A stretch of DNA of 64,000 nt from positions 62,001-126,000 of the forward strand of contig CBFFRP010000424.1 of assembly GCA_965644295.1 (NCBI GenBank), written 5' to 3'. The notes beneath the pieces were generated by a model. The model was not told the DNA's origin. It saw only the letters and a list, made by a program, of their open reading frames with translations, and did not search any database. How positions within the stretch are numbered: the first letter of the stretch is position 1; each line of letters starts with the position of its first letter. Position numbers and translations under genes: made by a program. The stretch comes from Paraphysomonas bandaiensis. Taxonomy: Eukaryota; Protista; Chrysophyceae. This document shows positions 25,691-38,900 of this stretch, in pieces.

Positions 25691-27386
25691 GCATACTAGG
25701 CCGTCACAATATTACACATTCTGAAAAAAAATCGATGTTGCCCGAGCATAGAGCGCATACTCACGACCGGAATATAGCACTTGCGTCTTTCCAAAACTCG
25801 CCGGCCATATATATATCACACACGTGACAGGATAATTTATAACACGTAACATAACATCAAAAAAGCCAAATCGCAAAAAGCATATTCAATATTAGCTATT
25901 ATTACCTTTACTCTCTTTCAAGAGAGTACTTCCAACTCTTTAATCCCCATTGACTGCTTAAAGTATTCACGTAGAAGCTCGTAATCCGTGTCCTTGTCCA
26001 TAAGAAAGCCTTTACAGATTCATAAAATAACATGTTATTAGATATGAACACAGGACTATTAAACCTGAATGAAAATGAAATTCAAGCATATTATAGACGG
26101 TACAAATATACCAATGAAACTATACGGTCACAATTTGACACATTGACAGCAAGTTTTAATGGACTTGACGCCCTCCAAGATATAAATTTTTAATCAATAT
26201 TCCGAATGTAAAGGAAAGTTCTGCTGTATAATATGTATATAAGCGAGCGATTCATACGCCCGAGTTACTCTTTATCCCTCTAGGTTATAAGTTGTAGCTT
26301 AATTATTTTCACGATGTTGTAAGCCTAATATTATAATATTATCTATAATGGACAGCTAGTTGTACCGTACCTCTTGCTTGCTGTTAACAAGGATATAGGT
26401 ACTCCCTGCTGATTAAAATTAGGAAAATAAAAATAAAAAACTCAAATGAAATATCAGAGTATTGCTTCAAATGAATGGGATCTATACATACATGAGATTA
26501 GCTCAAAACAATAAATCTCCAAATATTGGCGAAAACAAATAGATTCGGGTGCCAAGTGCCAAGGGAATAGTAACTACTGCGATATGATGATGAAAGTGAT
26601 AGAGTAGTCTAACGAAGCTTTTTCTTGTTATTGGTACCATCATCATATATTTATATATACATCACACTTAACCCCTGCTAGTCTGCTATAGTGCAACTGA
26701 CTGGAAAGCGGTGTGTATAGTATAAATCAAAAAATATGACAACCCAACAAGCCCTAAAATGGCTGGGTGCTGCTGCTCCAAATCACTTTCAGCATCAGGT
26801 GTGGAATTGTTTTGAAGTTTGAAGTATTGTAATATTATTATTCTTGAAGTATTGTTTTAAAGTCAAGGTTACGAAGAAGATATATCACTTTCACTTTTAT
26901 AGCTAAAGGAAGGATGGAATATAACTTGGAGTGTTTTTGATGATCTGCTTGAGAAAGTTGACTATCATTGCGGTTTCCCTAAAATAGTGAAACTAGCTTA
27001 GCAATAGCAATGTTGGTATTTGGTTCTAGCTGGTCGACCAATCAATATTTTAACAATACGATTTGTTATTCCCTAGCCCTGCTACCTGATACACTAAATA
27101 TGTAACCATAAACGACAGTATTATAGTATACTTGCGTATTATTATTGTACAGCCCTGAAAATAGGAGGCTCGCCTACCAAAAACCAAGTGAAGGATAATT
27201 ATATTAAATATGATTACGACATCACTAGCAGACAAAAATGAGCAACAATATAAAATAAACGAAGTGTGTGATTAAAGAACCATATCCACTTGAAAATTGG
27301 AATTACTGTTACTCCGGGTTACCTTTCTCAATAAGGCGGGGTCGGATAAATTACTGGCTTCAATACCTATGCTGCGTTAGACCGAA

Positions 27387-30300
27387 TTAGAAAATTACAT
27401 TCACCTTACTGTTAAGAGCCTGTTCAAACTTCTTGATGTTCAGCGGCTTAATGAGAACTCTATCTACACCGCTCTCTAAAAACATGTCAATGTCTTCCTG
27501 CAAGCCGTTCCCTGTGACTCCTAGAATAACACCCTTATAGCCCAGTTTGCGGATATTACGAGTGGCTGTCATGCCATCCTGAAGCAAGAGGTCACATTAA
27601 TATATAATTCCCACCCAGCCTTTGTGTGGGGCAGGCCCATGTAACGCATACATTTACACATGAACGCTCAAATGAATTGCATGTGATCCACTGTGCATTA
27701 TTCATGTCATAGATAATACACTTACCATGATCGGCATATTGCAATCCATGAATATCACTCCGTAAGGTTGACATGTTGATATATCTACGTCTTCTAACAC
27801 CGTTGCCTGAACCCGATCTACTGCTTCTTGACCGTTAACTGCATAGTCGAGGTCCTCAAACCTGGATCGCACAATTCGACCAAGCATTTTTCGATTTGTT
27901 GCCACGTCATCCACTATCAGACCACGTCCCCACTTTGGCTTCGGAGCGGGAGTGTCATCCTCTAACAATGAGGCGGACACAGGTATTACAGCACCAGGAT
28001 GAGACCGATGAGTATTTATTGGGCTTGGGCTTGGTGGCACATGTACAGAGAAGGACAGTTTTTGGCTATCAGAGTCTAAAGATGTCACAGATTGGTGGTC
28101 AGGATTACAATCGTGGGCCATTTCCAGGTCAATGTAGAACACGCTTCCAGTTTCTTCCGCGCTGAGAATAGCTTTGCCAACATCAGTGGGAACTTTGCTG
28201 CGTACACCGATCCGTCCTCTGTGGCTTTCCATTACTACCTTGGAAACTATAAAAAACGCCGGTCAAGGGATTAGTAAGTGCGAGCGTACTCATGAGTACG
28301 TGCTGTGTAGTTAAATTCAACACATTATATATAAGAATATAGCGAATAAATAATGATATACGTTAATACACAATTCGTATGTATCATCCATGCATATGCA
28401 AGTGGTATACATTCGACCTACCCCATAATCCTAATCCTGTACCAAGGCCGCTCTGAAAGTCCACTGGGCTGAACTGACCCGATTCTATAAACAGGTTGCA
28501 CTGTTTGTCCTATCCATACATAAATATTAGGTGCCGACGCATGCATAATTCCCATGTACATTCACACTGTACACACATACGCAAAACGCTTGACCAGCAA
28601 CTTCGAATGACAATATGTAGTACATACAAGCAGAAATTTAACCATAAAAGACATATTACAGTTCTATATGTACCTCCTTAATTCCTGGACTGGAATCGAT
28701 AAAATCAATTCGCACATATTCACGCCGACTGTTGCTACTGATATCTGGTGCAAATGCACTGGAGTTGACTTCAGCTGGGCGTAGCACATGGGCCTTCACC
28801 ACAACTGTTTTCCCCTCAGGTGTAAACTCAATGGCATTGGCGGCAAGCTTCCCTATCACATTTGTGATACGTACTTTATCTGCGAACACTACAGTATTAT
28901 CTCCTAACTCTTCGTCCATATGTTGGTCAATGTTCAGAACAACACCCTTCTCAAAAGCCTGAGCAATACACATATATATCAGGTGCTGCACATATGATAT
29001 GGGGAAGTATAGTACCGCATGATATTATACACGTATAAACAATCATAGTATGATCAACCAAACCACTACACTTTACCACATAATCGTATTGCATTTATTA
29101 TTCACACAGGAACACCCTAAACGTAGTATTTGTCATGATACGTACCACTCGCTGATAAGGCGATATTGCATTCCGAATAAGCTTCACTACCGACAGCCGA
29201 GACATTTTTAACTCCAGTGCATCATTTTCAATCTGATTGAAGGTGAGTAGATCGTCTAGTATACTCACCGCAGAATCGCACGATTTAACGACGTCGTCAA
29301 CAACGGCTCCAATTGTAGATCCCCTTACAGGAGAAAGGCTCAGCTTGCTGAACTCTTGAGAGAGAACGTATAATCCGACGCTGATAGCGTTCAGAGGTGA
29401 ACGCAATTCATGGGAAACATAACGAACAAAGTCCAATTTACGAGAGAATTGAGTCTGCCATGCACAAGTCAAAGAGAATATTTTCGTTAACATTTATATG
29501 TCACTTAATACATACGTCGGCATTATACAAATGTACACATAAATCATCGTTAAATGCACACAATATAACATTCTGTCCACAAGAAGTATGAATACATAGA
29601 AGACGTACATCGAAATGCTGCGCAAAAGACATACTGATTCTGTTGGGCACTATAACCGTAAGAACAGTGACCACAGAGGCAACATATTGCATAACAACTG
29701 CTCCAGTCACTGTTAGATCGGATGAATGGGTCTTTCCCCCGTGGGAAAAGTAGAGAATTCGAGTTAACGCGAGGTGGCTGAGGAGAGAAAGTATATATAG
29801 TACACTAAACTGGGCGTCGTGGGAAGCTTCTTTGTAGCTTTCATACAGTAATACACAACAAAAAGCAATAAGAGCCCCAGCAATGACAATACCCAGCGAT
29901 AATAGCACAGCAAAGCCAGTAGTAGACTGCCAAGATGTCCAATATAATGATATTACCGTGCAATCAGTGATGACGTGCATGCATGTGAGGGCAAACCCAA
30001 CAAGTCGATAAGGTGATGTATATTCGAAGGAAAGAATACTTTTGACGAGAGCAACCGATCGAGCAGTATATTCAGTAGCATACGCAAACACTACTAGTCT
30101 GGATATATGCTCTGATTGAATCGCATATAGTTTGAGAGCGTTCGGAATCAATAAACTAACGCATAAAATTAATTGAGATACTTTTCCAGACGGCACCGCA
30201 TAGAAGTCCATGAGAGCATCGACCATCATCGGGACGGACAGGACTAGACCCACCACCACAGACATAACGAAGTCATAAGAGTCTATTATTTCATGAAAGT

Positions 30301-30418
30301 CAGTGTTTGATATATGTGTGTCGTTAGCTGTGAAGACTATAAGAGCACAGAGCAGACACGCAGCTACTAGAAGACCGTCACAAGACCTCTTCACATCATA
30401 CGAGTGAGTCATATCCAT
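27387..30418 (-). CDS. Hybrid sensor histidine kinase (multi-TM sensor, HisKA, HATPase, receiver)
   Basis: FVRYVSHELRSPLNAI; ADKVRITNVIGKLAANAIEFTP; GTGLGL; LIVDDVATNRKML; IFMDCNMP; ILGVTGN...IKP. N-terminus has ~7-8 hydrophobic segments. Confidence 0.9.
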
Positions 30419-30631
30419 ACACTGATACAGACAGACCATCAATATGAGAGGATAGGGGGATTGGTGTCTACGGATAGAGGGGTAGGTAGTATACCGGGCA
30501 GGGCATTTGACCTGCTTGTTGCTTATATATGCTGCTCTGTATGTGTACAATGAACTGAACAGACACACCTACTCGACCTCTGTATGTATGTACGCACGTA
30601 GATAGTCTCTGGAGATGAGCCAAGCCAACTT

Positions 30632-30682
30632 CCAAAACCCTGGATTTTTAGGGTTTAGGGGTCCAGGGTTTAGGGATTTTGG
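30632..30682. repeat. Interstitial telomere-like TTTAGGG cluster with inverted ends, in a divergent promoter
   Basis: ccaaaaccctggatttttagggtttaggggtccagggtttagggattttgg contains three TTTAGGG units. Confidence 0.6.
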
Positions 30683-30965
30683 TTCTTGAACATAAGTTGT
30701 AGATAGACATACTGTACAGTACATGCGTATACCGTATATACAGAGTACGCATGGACAAATCCACTGCAAGGGACTACGGCAGTGTATTCTATATGTGACT
30801 ATATCTTGACGGGACACTTGCACTTTCTCATAATAATGTCACTTCTTGTTGATGTCCAGCTCTGTGTGTGTATGGTATATTCCTACAGTGTACATGCATG
30901 TATAGGAAGCAGCAGTGTGTGTATGTGCGCAGAGTGGTCACAAGGAACTCAACCATATCAACACA

Positions 30966-32435
30966 ATGTCATCAGACGACACCACCAGCAGGAACACAGA
31001 GTGGACCTGTGCTATCGGTCAGATCGGTCAGATAGCCAATCTAAAGGCTCGATCTGATCTGAACGGATCGCTCGCTCGAATCACAGGCTTGGACCCCTCC
31101 AAACACAGATATCATGTCGCGTGCTCTGACGGGAGTAATGTATCCATTAAGGTGGAGAATATAACAGTCTCTGAGTGTGATGTGGACGACAGCTCTCCTC
31201 ATCTATTAACTACACAGTTGAGTGCAGATGCTGCTATGAGAGATGCTCTAGTGCCCGGAGCTATAGTATCTCTCACTCAACTGTCGTTCCCTCAAATCAT
31301 AATTAATCAGCCGTGTCGTTTCGTCAATGCTAAGAATAATGATGTTGTCAATTATATTGTTGTTGTTGATTGTAAGTCTCCCCTACGTGTAGAGTTTGAA
31401 GGAATCAAATTTGTATCCTCGTTGATGAATGCGGTCATTTTATGCGGTGGAAGTACTGTAATCTTCAGACATTGCTCGTTTACATCTATTGATGCCTGCG
31501 TTGCAAGCGATGCGAACTCAACAGCGTATTTTGACTCATGTGTCTTTGAAAATTCAAAAGGATCTGGTGTTCTATGCGAGGGGGTTGTGATAATGAGAAA
31601 CTGTACGTGTCGTCAACTCGGGGGGTTTGGTGTTGAGGTACGGAATGGTGGCGTCTTGAAGGCTATGAGCAGCCAGATTCTTAACACTGGACGTTCTGGT
31701 GTGGTTGGATATAAACATGCGAATAGCATAGAGCTGGTACATTGCTCAGTCTTGAATTCTAATGATAGTGGAGTGCTTATTGCAGAGGGTTGTTCTGGAA
31801 TGATTCAAAATTGCGACATTACAAATTCGAGTATGGCTGGTGTTGCAATAGAACAAAACGGAACTGCGCAAGTTGATGGCTGCAGCATATCCTCTTGTCT
31901 CTATGGTGTGCTGGCGCAAACTGGCAGATGCAAAGTGACAGTAAAATCATGTAACATCAAAAAGAGTAGAATTTACGGTGTGTTCGTTGGTGAGGACTGT
32001 AGAGGGAGCGTCAATTTAATTGATAATAATATTACGATGAGTAAAAGAAAAGCCATCAACAACGATTCTGTGGACTCTAGTTGTAAAGTATGTGTGGACG
32101 GGGATGTGCTGACATCAAGCGAAGGATTACTAATGTCAAGACCTGAACTAAGAAATATGTCCGAAAATATACGAAAATCTTTCGAACCATATTTGCCAGC
32201 CAGTCAGACCTATGCGACCGTAAAAGCTCGAGCAAAAGTCGGTCTCACCACCGTTTCTTGCAATGGATGTGGTTCTGAGCAAGGAAAAGTGAAGTTTTTA
32301 GTCTGTGGTCGATGCTTAGGTGCGTGGTATTGTAGTAAGCAATGCCAGAAGGTGCATTGGAAAGGAGGGCACAAGAACGAATGCGTACAGAAGAACAGAT
32401 ATTCATGCTTGTTGGACCCAGATAGAGCTTTGTAG
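30966..32435 (+). CDS. Intronless right-handed beta-helix protein with a C-terminal MYND finger
   Basis: Repeated xxGV.I......I.NC.I turns; CNGC...CGRCLGAWYCSKQCQKVHWKGGHKNEC; N-terminal L..RSDLNG..ARI SH3/KOW-like segment. Confidence 0.85.
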   Translation: MSSDDTTSRNTEWTCAIGQIGQIANLKARSDLNGSLARITGLDPSKHRYHVACSDGSNVSIKVENITVSECDVDDSSPHLLTTQLSADAAMRDALVPGAIVSLTQLSFPQIIINQPCRFVNAKNNDVVNYIVVVDCKSPLRVEFEGIKFVSSLMNAVILCGGSTVIFRHCSFTSIDACVASDANSTAYFDSCVFENSKGSGVLCEGVVIMRNCTCRQLGGFGVEVRNGGVLKAMSSQILNTGRSGVVGYKHANSIELVHCSVLNSNDSGVLIAEGCSGMIQNCDITNSSMAGVAIEQNGTAQVDGCSISSCLYGVLAQTGRCKVTVKSCNIKKSRIYGVFVGEDCRGSVNLIDNNITMSKRKAINNDSVDSSCKVCVDGDVLTSSEGLLMSRPELRNMSENIRKSFEPYLPASQTYATVKARAKVGLTTVSCNGCGSEQGKVKFLVCGRCLGAWYCSKQCQKVHWKGGHKNECVQKNRYSCLLDPDRAL

Positions 32436-32867
32436 TTGTCGCATATCAAGTTACAAGTATTGGAGATATATAAATGATTGAAGTAGCCCATCATTTTAAA
32501 GTATGGAATGGAGTCATTATGAATGGTTCAAACTAGTCATTGTTATAATAGAGTTACTAATACAGTCATAAAATTTACCGCTTATACTTCGTGCGTCTGT
32601 AGTAGTTACGCATTATAGAATAATGACCTGCCTAGTGGCAGAATGTATCACTAGAAAAAAAGCACTACAATAGTACATGAAAGATGAAAGCAGACCTACC
32701 TAACAAATAATCAAATAATAATTACAATATTAGTTACACAAACATCCAATTATTGGCAATTAATAACTCAATATATTGCTTTTTCGAATACCTTTCTGAT
32801 CTACAATTTACAATCTCGTCCCAAAAAGTTGCCGATTAGCTACTGGGTTTGTACCTATGATAATTAG

Positions 32868-33222
32868 CAGGCTTGCGTAACAATTAATTGGCAATTAATT
32901 GATGACAGATGTTCAACATCCAATTATTGACAATGCATTTTCATGCAGAAAATTCAACATTTTTTTCAAGGTGTCAAGTGTGTATCTAAGAGCAGTAGCT
33001 AGATATCGTACGGGTAGTGGTCTAACTAGTATGACTAGCATTCTTCTAGCCACTAATTGATGCAAGGTCTCAACGCCTATTGCTAAATAATCAGACATTC
33101 ACTACTAGCTAGATATCGTAAGGTGCTATATATAATTTAGCCAGACAATTACTTGGCAACATTTACCAATAATAATAATTGATATTATCACTTTTAAAAC
33201 CAATTAATTGTTACGCAACCTG
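32868..33222. mobile_element. 355-bp MITE
   Basis: TIRs caggcttgcgtaacaattaattgg / ccaattaattgttacgcaacctg. TSD is not convincing. Confidence 0.8.
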
Positions 33223-33340
33223 ATGTTTATAGGTAGTAGCTATTCAGCTTAAGATGTTTTTGATATAATTAAGCTACCTACTATATCTATATAGTTAATT
33301 TGCAACATTCACCGATAATAATTTCATTTATCATTCCTTT

Positions 33341-33815
33341 TCGGACTTACACCTTTTCGTGGTGTTCTGGGGGATAAGTACCGGAGATATGTCTCCGGAA
33401 AACTAATGTGAGCCGCATAATATATAGGCAGCAGATATTTGCTGCCACTCATAGCCGAATTCTTTTACAAGAGACACTAATATTAGTGTCATTTGTGTAG
33501 ACTGTAGACGTCTTCGGGCCTTGACAAATAAACAGGCATCCGGGAATGAGCCCACCTCATGGGCATCCGGGGTATTGGGCTGCCTACAGAAGTCAAGCAT
33601 CCACAACCTGAAGGACTCAACAACCCTGAATTCAACAAATGTCACGTATATCAACATTCTGCTTGCTAACTGCGTTTGCTTTGAGTGATAGTGCGAAAGG
33701 GTTGCACCTTGGTGCTTGCGGTGACGCCACATGCAGCTTTCGTAGCGTTAAATAGTAGGGTATCAGAGTTAAGTACTGCCTCTCTTAAACGCCCATTGCT
33801 AATAATAAGACATTC
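33341..33815 (+). mobile_element. Second full-length-looking R1 copy
   Basis: Reverse complement aligns with 6958-7426 and has the same 5' start (tcggact). Confidence 0.8.
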
Positions 33816-34096
33816 TCTACTCCCTAATATATATCATGTACAATTAGTAAAGGTATTTTCATATAATGACTCACACCCCTGTGTCATATGTTCATCATTT
33901 TCAAGTGTGTTTAGTGTAGCTTGTCTCAGTTCTCAGTACTTTAGTAGTTTTCTACATATCACTTTTCGCATGCTGTGATGCCACTCTACACTGACACACT
34001 ATATTTAAATTCTCTATATTAAAATCAGATTTCATTGCAATATCAAAAGCAACAGTTTATACTTCTCTCATACAAAAGGCGTGGTAGCTAGGGCGA

Positions 34097-35453
34097 CTAC
34101 GCATTGCAGGTCGGATTACACATAAGACCACAATCATCGGATAACTTATATTCCTCCTCAGAGGTTGATTCGAAGTAAAAGTTTGAAAACGCCTGGTAAA
34201 AGTTGAGTCCATTAATGAGAGGATGTGCGTGGGTAAAATCCCCGTGGGTGTAGCACGCTGCAGCAAACACCCCGTTGCGTGGTCCATCCGTCTTTCCCAA
34301 CTTCATGAGGGGTTCCAAAGCAATTGTCATATTGCTATGCCATTCCTCCATGAATTCCTGCTCAGGCTGTTCATACATGTAGTCCTCAGGCCAGCAGTCA
34401 TGCCCTGTCAACACAACACTGGAAAATATATTGACGTTAAATCTCATTGTAAGCATATTTAGTATACACGAAAACATTGCAAGTGAGAGCATTGACAGAT
34501 TTCCAAGCAGCAATGCACTCATATAGCGCAACAAAAATATCTAATATATCACAGCCGTAGTTAGTTTCATATCTCACCTATCTGTCTGTGACTGGATGAC
34601 AAAAGCGTCGGATTGTATATAAGGGTAGCTGTTATTCGACAGCATACAGTGTCCAGGAGACAATCCATGTTCCTCATATGCCTCCTTGCAAGATTCGTCA
34701 ACATAGGCCTGATAGAGGTCATAGGTTGACGGCCACGCTTCTTCACGAAAATCTGCCATTCCTCCCGGGTCTGTGTGGTTCTCTCCAGTGTAGTAGGTGG
34801 CATAAAAATAATGTCCTGCAATGGTGGCAGCGGTAACGCGTGCATTCGGGTATCGGTTGGCAATATAGTCGACATTCATCCACACCCCAATTCCTCCTGC
34901 AGACACTCCGTGGAGTACAATGTCAGTTGCGTCGACTAGATTGTAAGGGGACTGGTCCAGCTCGTCTAGTATTGCCTCCAATACTAAGTGGCCAGAGAAA
35001 TAAAGCCCCCATGTTTCATCCGTCGCTTCGGTAACTTGCCCCGAATGCAAATCTTGTGTACAGTAGGGATCTTGGACATGATTCCAGCCGCAGAAAGAAG
35101 GGTTATAAGGACAGTAGTCAGAAGCCAAATACCAATACAGAGGATCCGACTCATTCGCCAGATATTTGCTGCTCCCTAAAGCAGATCCGGTCTGATACTG
35201 ACACGCGCTCTCTGAGTCACACTCACCCCCCCCGTTCAGATATATCACCTACATCAACAGTTAATGAGGGGCTGTACAGGCCAGTGTTACTGTTTACCCA
35301 TTTCAGCTTGTCGTCTGGGTTACTGGCTGTCTGAGCGTAATATCCCGCCTGAGAACCGTCCAAACACTTAGCCTTAGGGTCAGACAGCATCGTCAGGGGC
35401 ACATTAGTAGCCACCGCTAACCCCAGAACGTGAAGAGAAAAGAGTAACTTCAT
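34097..35453 (-). CDS. Secreted pectin acetylesterase/Notum-family hydrolase
   Basis: Signal peptide; AKCLDGSQAGYY; YLNGGGEC; PYCTQDLHSG; HGVSAGG nucleophile; QSQTD; CYTH. Confidence 0.9.
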
Positions 35454-35982
35454 CGATTGTGTATTACTATAATCCCAAGTAATGCATATCCATATAAGTA
35501 TATAGACACTGCTGTATGAGGGTGCCCGTATGTTGTATATGTATGTATATGTGCCCTATACACACCTAAATATGCCACACTTCAGTTCATACAAATACAT
35601 ACATCTTATACATACAAATACATCACTGGAATACAACACCAAAGAATTCGAGACATATCGAGAGAAAGTTTCACCATTGCAGGAAATTGTCTGTTCAAGA
35701 TTTTCTATTCAGATTTTTTAACATTTCCTAAAAAGCTGTTTTTTCTTCCAAATAGACATAAAAACTCCTGTTTTTGGATCTGAACGTTGGGTTTTGCTGG
35801 GTATGTTTGTATGTGTGGTTGCATGCGTGTATGTGTATATGGAGGTGCAGTATGTGTGTATGTGTGTATATGCAGAACAGTGTGTGTGTACGTGTATGTG
35901 TATCAGAGGACTCGATTAGGCAACAGGGGCAATCTAGAAGGCATTATCTGGACGATGCTAGGCTGACGTGATATATATTGCA

Positions 35983-38900
35983 ATGTTATCAGTCAGCGAG
36001 TTGAATACTTTCAATGAAGAGCAGGATGTGCGTGCATCTCCTCTCCTCTAATGCTCTTATCTCATGTGTGTGTGTGTGTAGTATGGGCTCAACTTAAAGG
36101 CTCTCATTAAACTGGGAGGAATACACGGAGTGGCAGAGTCCCTACACACTGATCTACAGCACGGTGTGAGTAAGGCGGAGGACAGCATTGCGTCCCGACG
36201 CGAGCAGTATGGAGCCAATCAGGTGCTCTCAATCTCTTCGAGCTCTTATGGTGTACTCAACACATGTTTCTCTATAGTTTGAATCCCCGCCCTCTGCGAC
36301 ATGGTTTGCCCTGTTTTGTGAGTCCTTTGAAGATTCAACTGTAATTGTATTGGTGGTATCTGCTGTGGTCTCTCTTGCTGTGGGTTTATACGAGAGCCTC
36401 GCCACTGGGTGGATTGAAGGCAGTGCGATTTTGGCCGCAGTTATTATCGTTGCCGTTGTGACTGCTACCAACAATTATATGAAAGAGGTGAGTGGTGTGC
36501 TTTATCAAAAACACTTTGTTAATATAAATTGTGTCGGTTTGTGTAGATCCAGTTCCGCAAGTTGAACGATGTCAAGGACGATGTGTTCATTCCAGTCATT
36601 CGTGAGAAAGAAATATGCAATCTTAGTATCAGAGAGCTGGTAAGTGCACCTACATTTCAGAACACCAATACATGTAGGAGTGGCTGAACTCGAGTTACTA
36701 TCATAACAATAGCATATTTCCATCTTACAGAGTTTAATCTGCAGGTAGTTGGAGATGTCGTACGACTCAATGCAGGAGATAAGGTCCCCGCGGATGGTGT
36801 GCTAATTGACGGTAGCGATGTGTCATGCGACGAGTCAGCGCTTACGGGAGAGAGTGATGCACGGTGTAAAGAGAGAGAGGCAGTGGGTGACCCTTTTCTT
36901 GTTTCCGGCTCCACTCTCTTGACCGGCTGTTGCACTATGCTAGTCACTGCAGTAGGGCCTAACTCAAGGTAGCATTGTGTGCTGTGTAAATTGGATGTTC
37001 ATGTACCGTAGATTTGACGTATATTCCCTCTTCATTATGGTATATTTATGTGAAACTGATGTATTGTGAAGGTGGGGCAAGATAAAGGCTGCTCTTACAA
37101 CTGAGAACGACCCTACCCCTTTGCAGGAAAAACTCACCACACTTGCTGATCAAATCGGATATGGTGGAATGGCTGCGGCTGCCGCAACATTCCTGGCGAT
37201 GATTGCAGTGTATTTTCTCTTTCCGCAATACAGAGACCCTAATCTTAACATATTTGAGGTTGTGCTGAAGGCGTTTATCATGGCTGTTACTATCGTAGTT
37301 GTTGCTGTGCCTGAAGGGCTTCCTCTGGCGGTTACTCTTTCCTTAGCATTTTCCACTCAGAAAATGATGGAAGACAACAACCTGATTCGAGTGTTGGCGG
37401 CATGTGAGACAATGGGAAATGCGACGAACATATGCTCCGATAAAACTGGAACATTAACTCAAAATAAAATGACTGTTGTGGAGGCATGGATAGACGGGTT
37501 TCACCACACCACCGTGCCCTCAATTGATGACCTTAGTGAAGCTGTTGTAGACACTCTGTCTGAGGGTATTGCGGTTAATACCACAGCCACATTGATTCCT
37601 AAGGACAATGTCGACTGGGAAGTTGTTGGAAACAAGACAGAAGGTGCGCTATTGATGTTTCTGCAACGCAATCTTGGGAAGGAGTACTTGACACTTCGTG
37701 AGTACGGCTTCAGATCAACACGAGGGGACAAGCTGATCACCTTCAACAGTCAACGGAAATGCATGAGTGTAATTCAAAATCACCAGACTGTTCACCGTGT
37801 GCTGTGCAAGGGGGCAGCCGAAGTCATAGTAGCGAAATGTAGCAAATACAGCACTTCCACGGGAGTCGCCAAGACACTGACGAAAAAGGTTTCTGCCGAT
37901 ATTGATGCCGCCATCACGAAGATGACTCAGGGGGCTCTACGAGTGGTGGCTCTGGCTCATAAAGAAGTGCCATCTAAGGGGCAGGAACCCTCTGGTGACC
38001 TTGCCGAGCAGTACGAAACTGGACTCGTATTAGATGCAATATTCGGTATCAAGGACCCTCTCCGACCTGAGGTAGTGGAAGCTGTAAGTGTGTGCCAGGA
38101 AGCAGGAATTCTGGTCCGTATGGTGACGGGAGATAACATCGAAACTGCCAAGGCAATCGCCACAGAGTGCGGTATTCTTACCCCTGGCGGTGTAGCGATG
38201 GAGGGTCCTGAGTTCCGGCGCTTGACCCCTTCGCAGCTTGATGCAGTGCTTCCCAACCTCCAGGTGCTGGCTAGATCTTCACCGAATGATAAATACGTCC
38301 TGGTTTGCCGTTTGAATGGCCACAACCTTCCACAAAATAAGGAAGAATGGTGCGAGGCCCATCCAGACCTCAGCTGGGAGGAGGATAGAAACAATGTGCT
38401 TCCTGGCTATGCAGATGAGTGGAGAGCAGCAAGAGCAGCCGATAGAGGGGTAGGAGAGGTAGTCGGAGTCACAGGAGATGGAACAAATGATGGCCCTGCG
38501 CTAAAGGCAGCGGATGTGGGGCTTAGCATGGGACTCTCTGGAACTGATGGTAATGTTCCTCTGTACACGCTTTAAATTATCGACCATAGTGAAGGGTTTC
38601 ATATCCACGTAAAATGATGTATGCATTGTATGTTCACGCTAGGCCTCATGTTTGACACGTGTATCCTCTTGTCTTTCATGTCTTATATCCAATTTGTGTG
38701 TACTAATACTTTCCTGTGCAGTGGCTAAGGATGCATCTGATATCGTGATTCTTGATGACAACTTTGCTTCTATTGTGCGCGCTGTAGTTTGGGGACGTTC
38801 CGTTTTTGATAACATCAGGAAGTTTTTACAATTCCAGTTGACGGTTAATCTAGTTGCTCTCACACTCACTTTTGTCTCCGCCGTCACTGGTTATTCGCCC

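Noticed and set aside
29600-30418. Rhodopsin-histidine kinase
   Set aside because: No retinal-binding lysine motif in the last TM helix.
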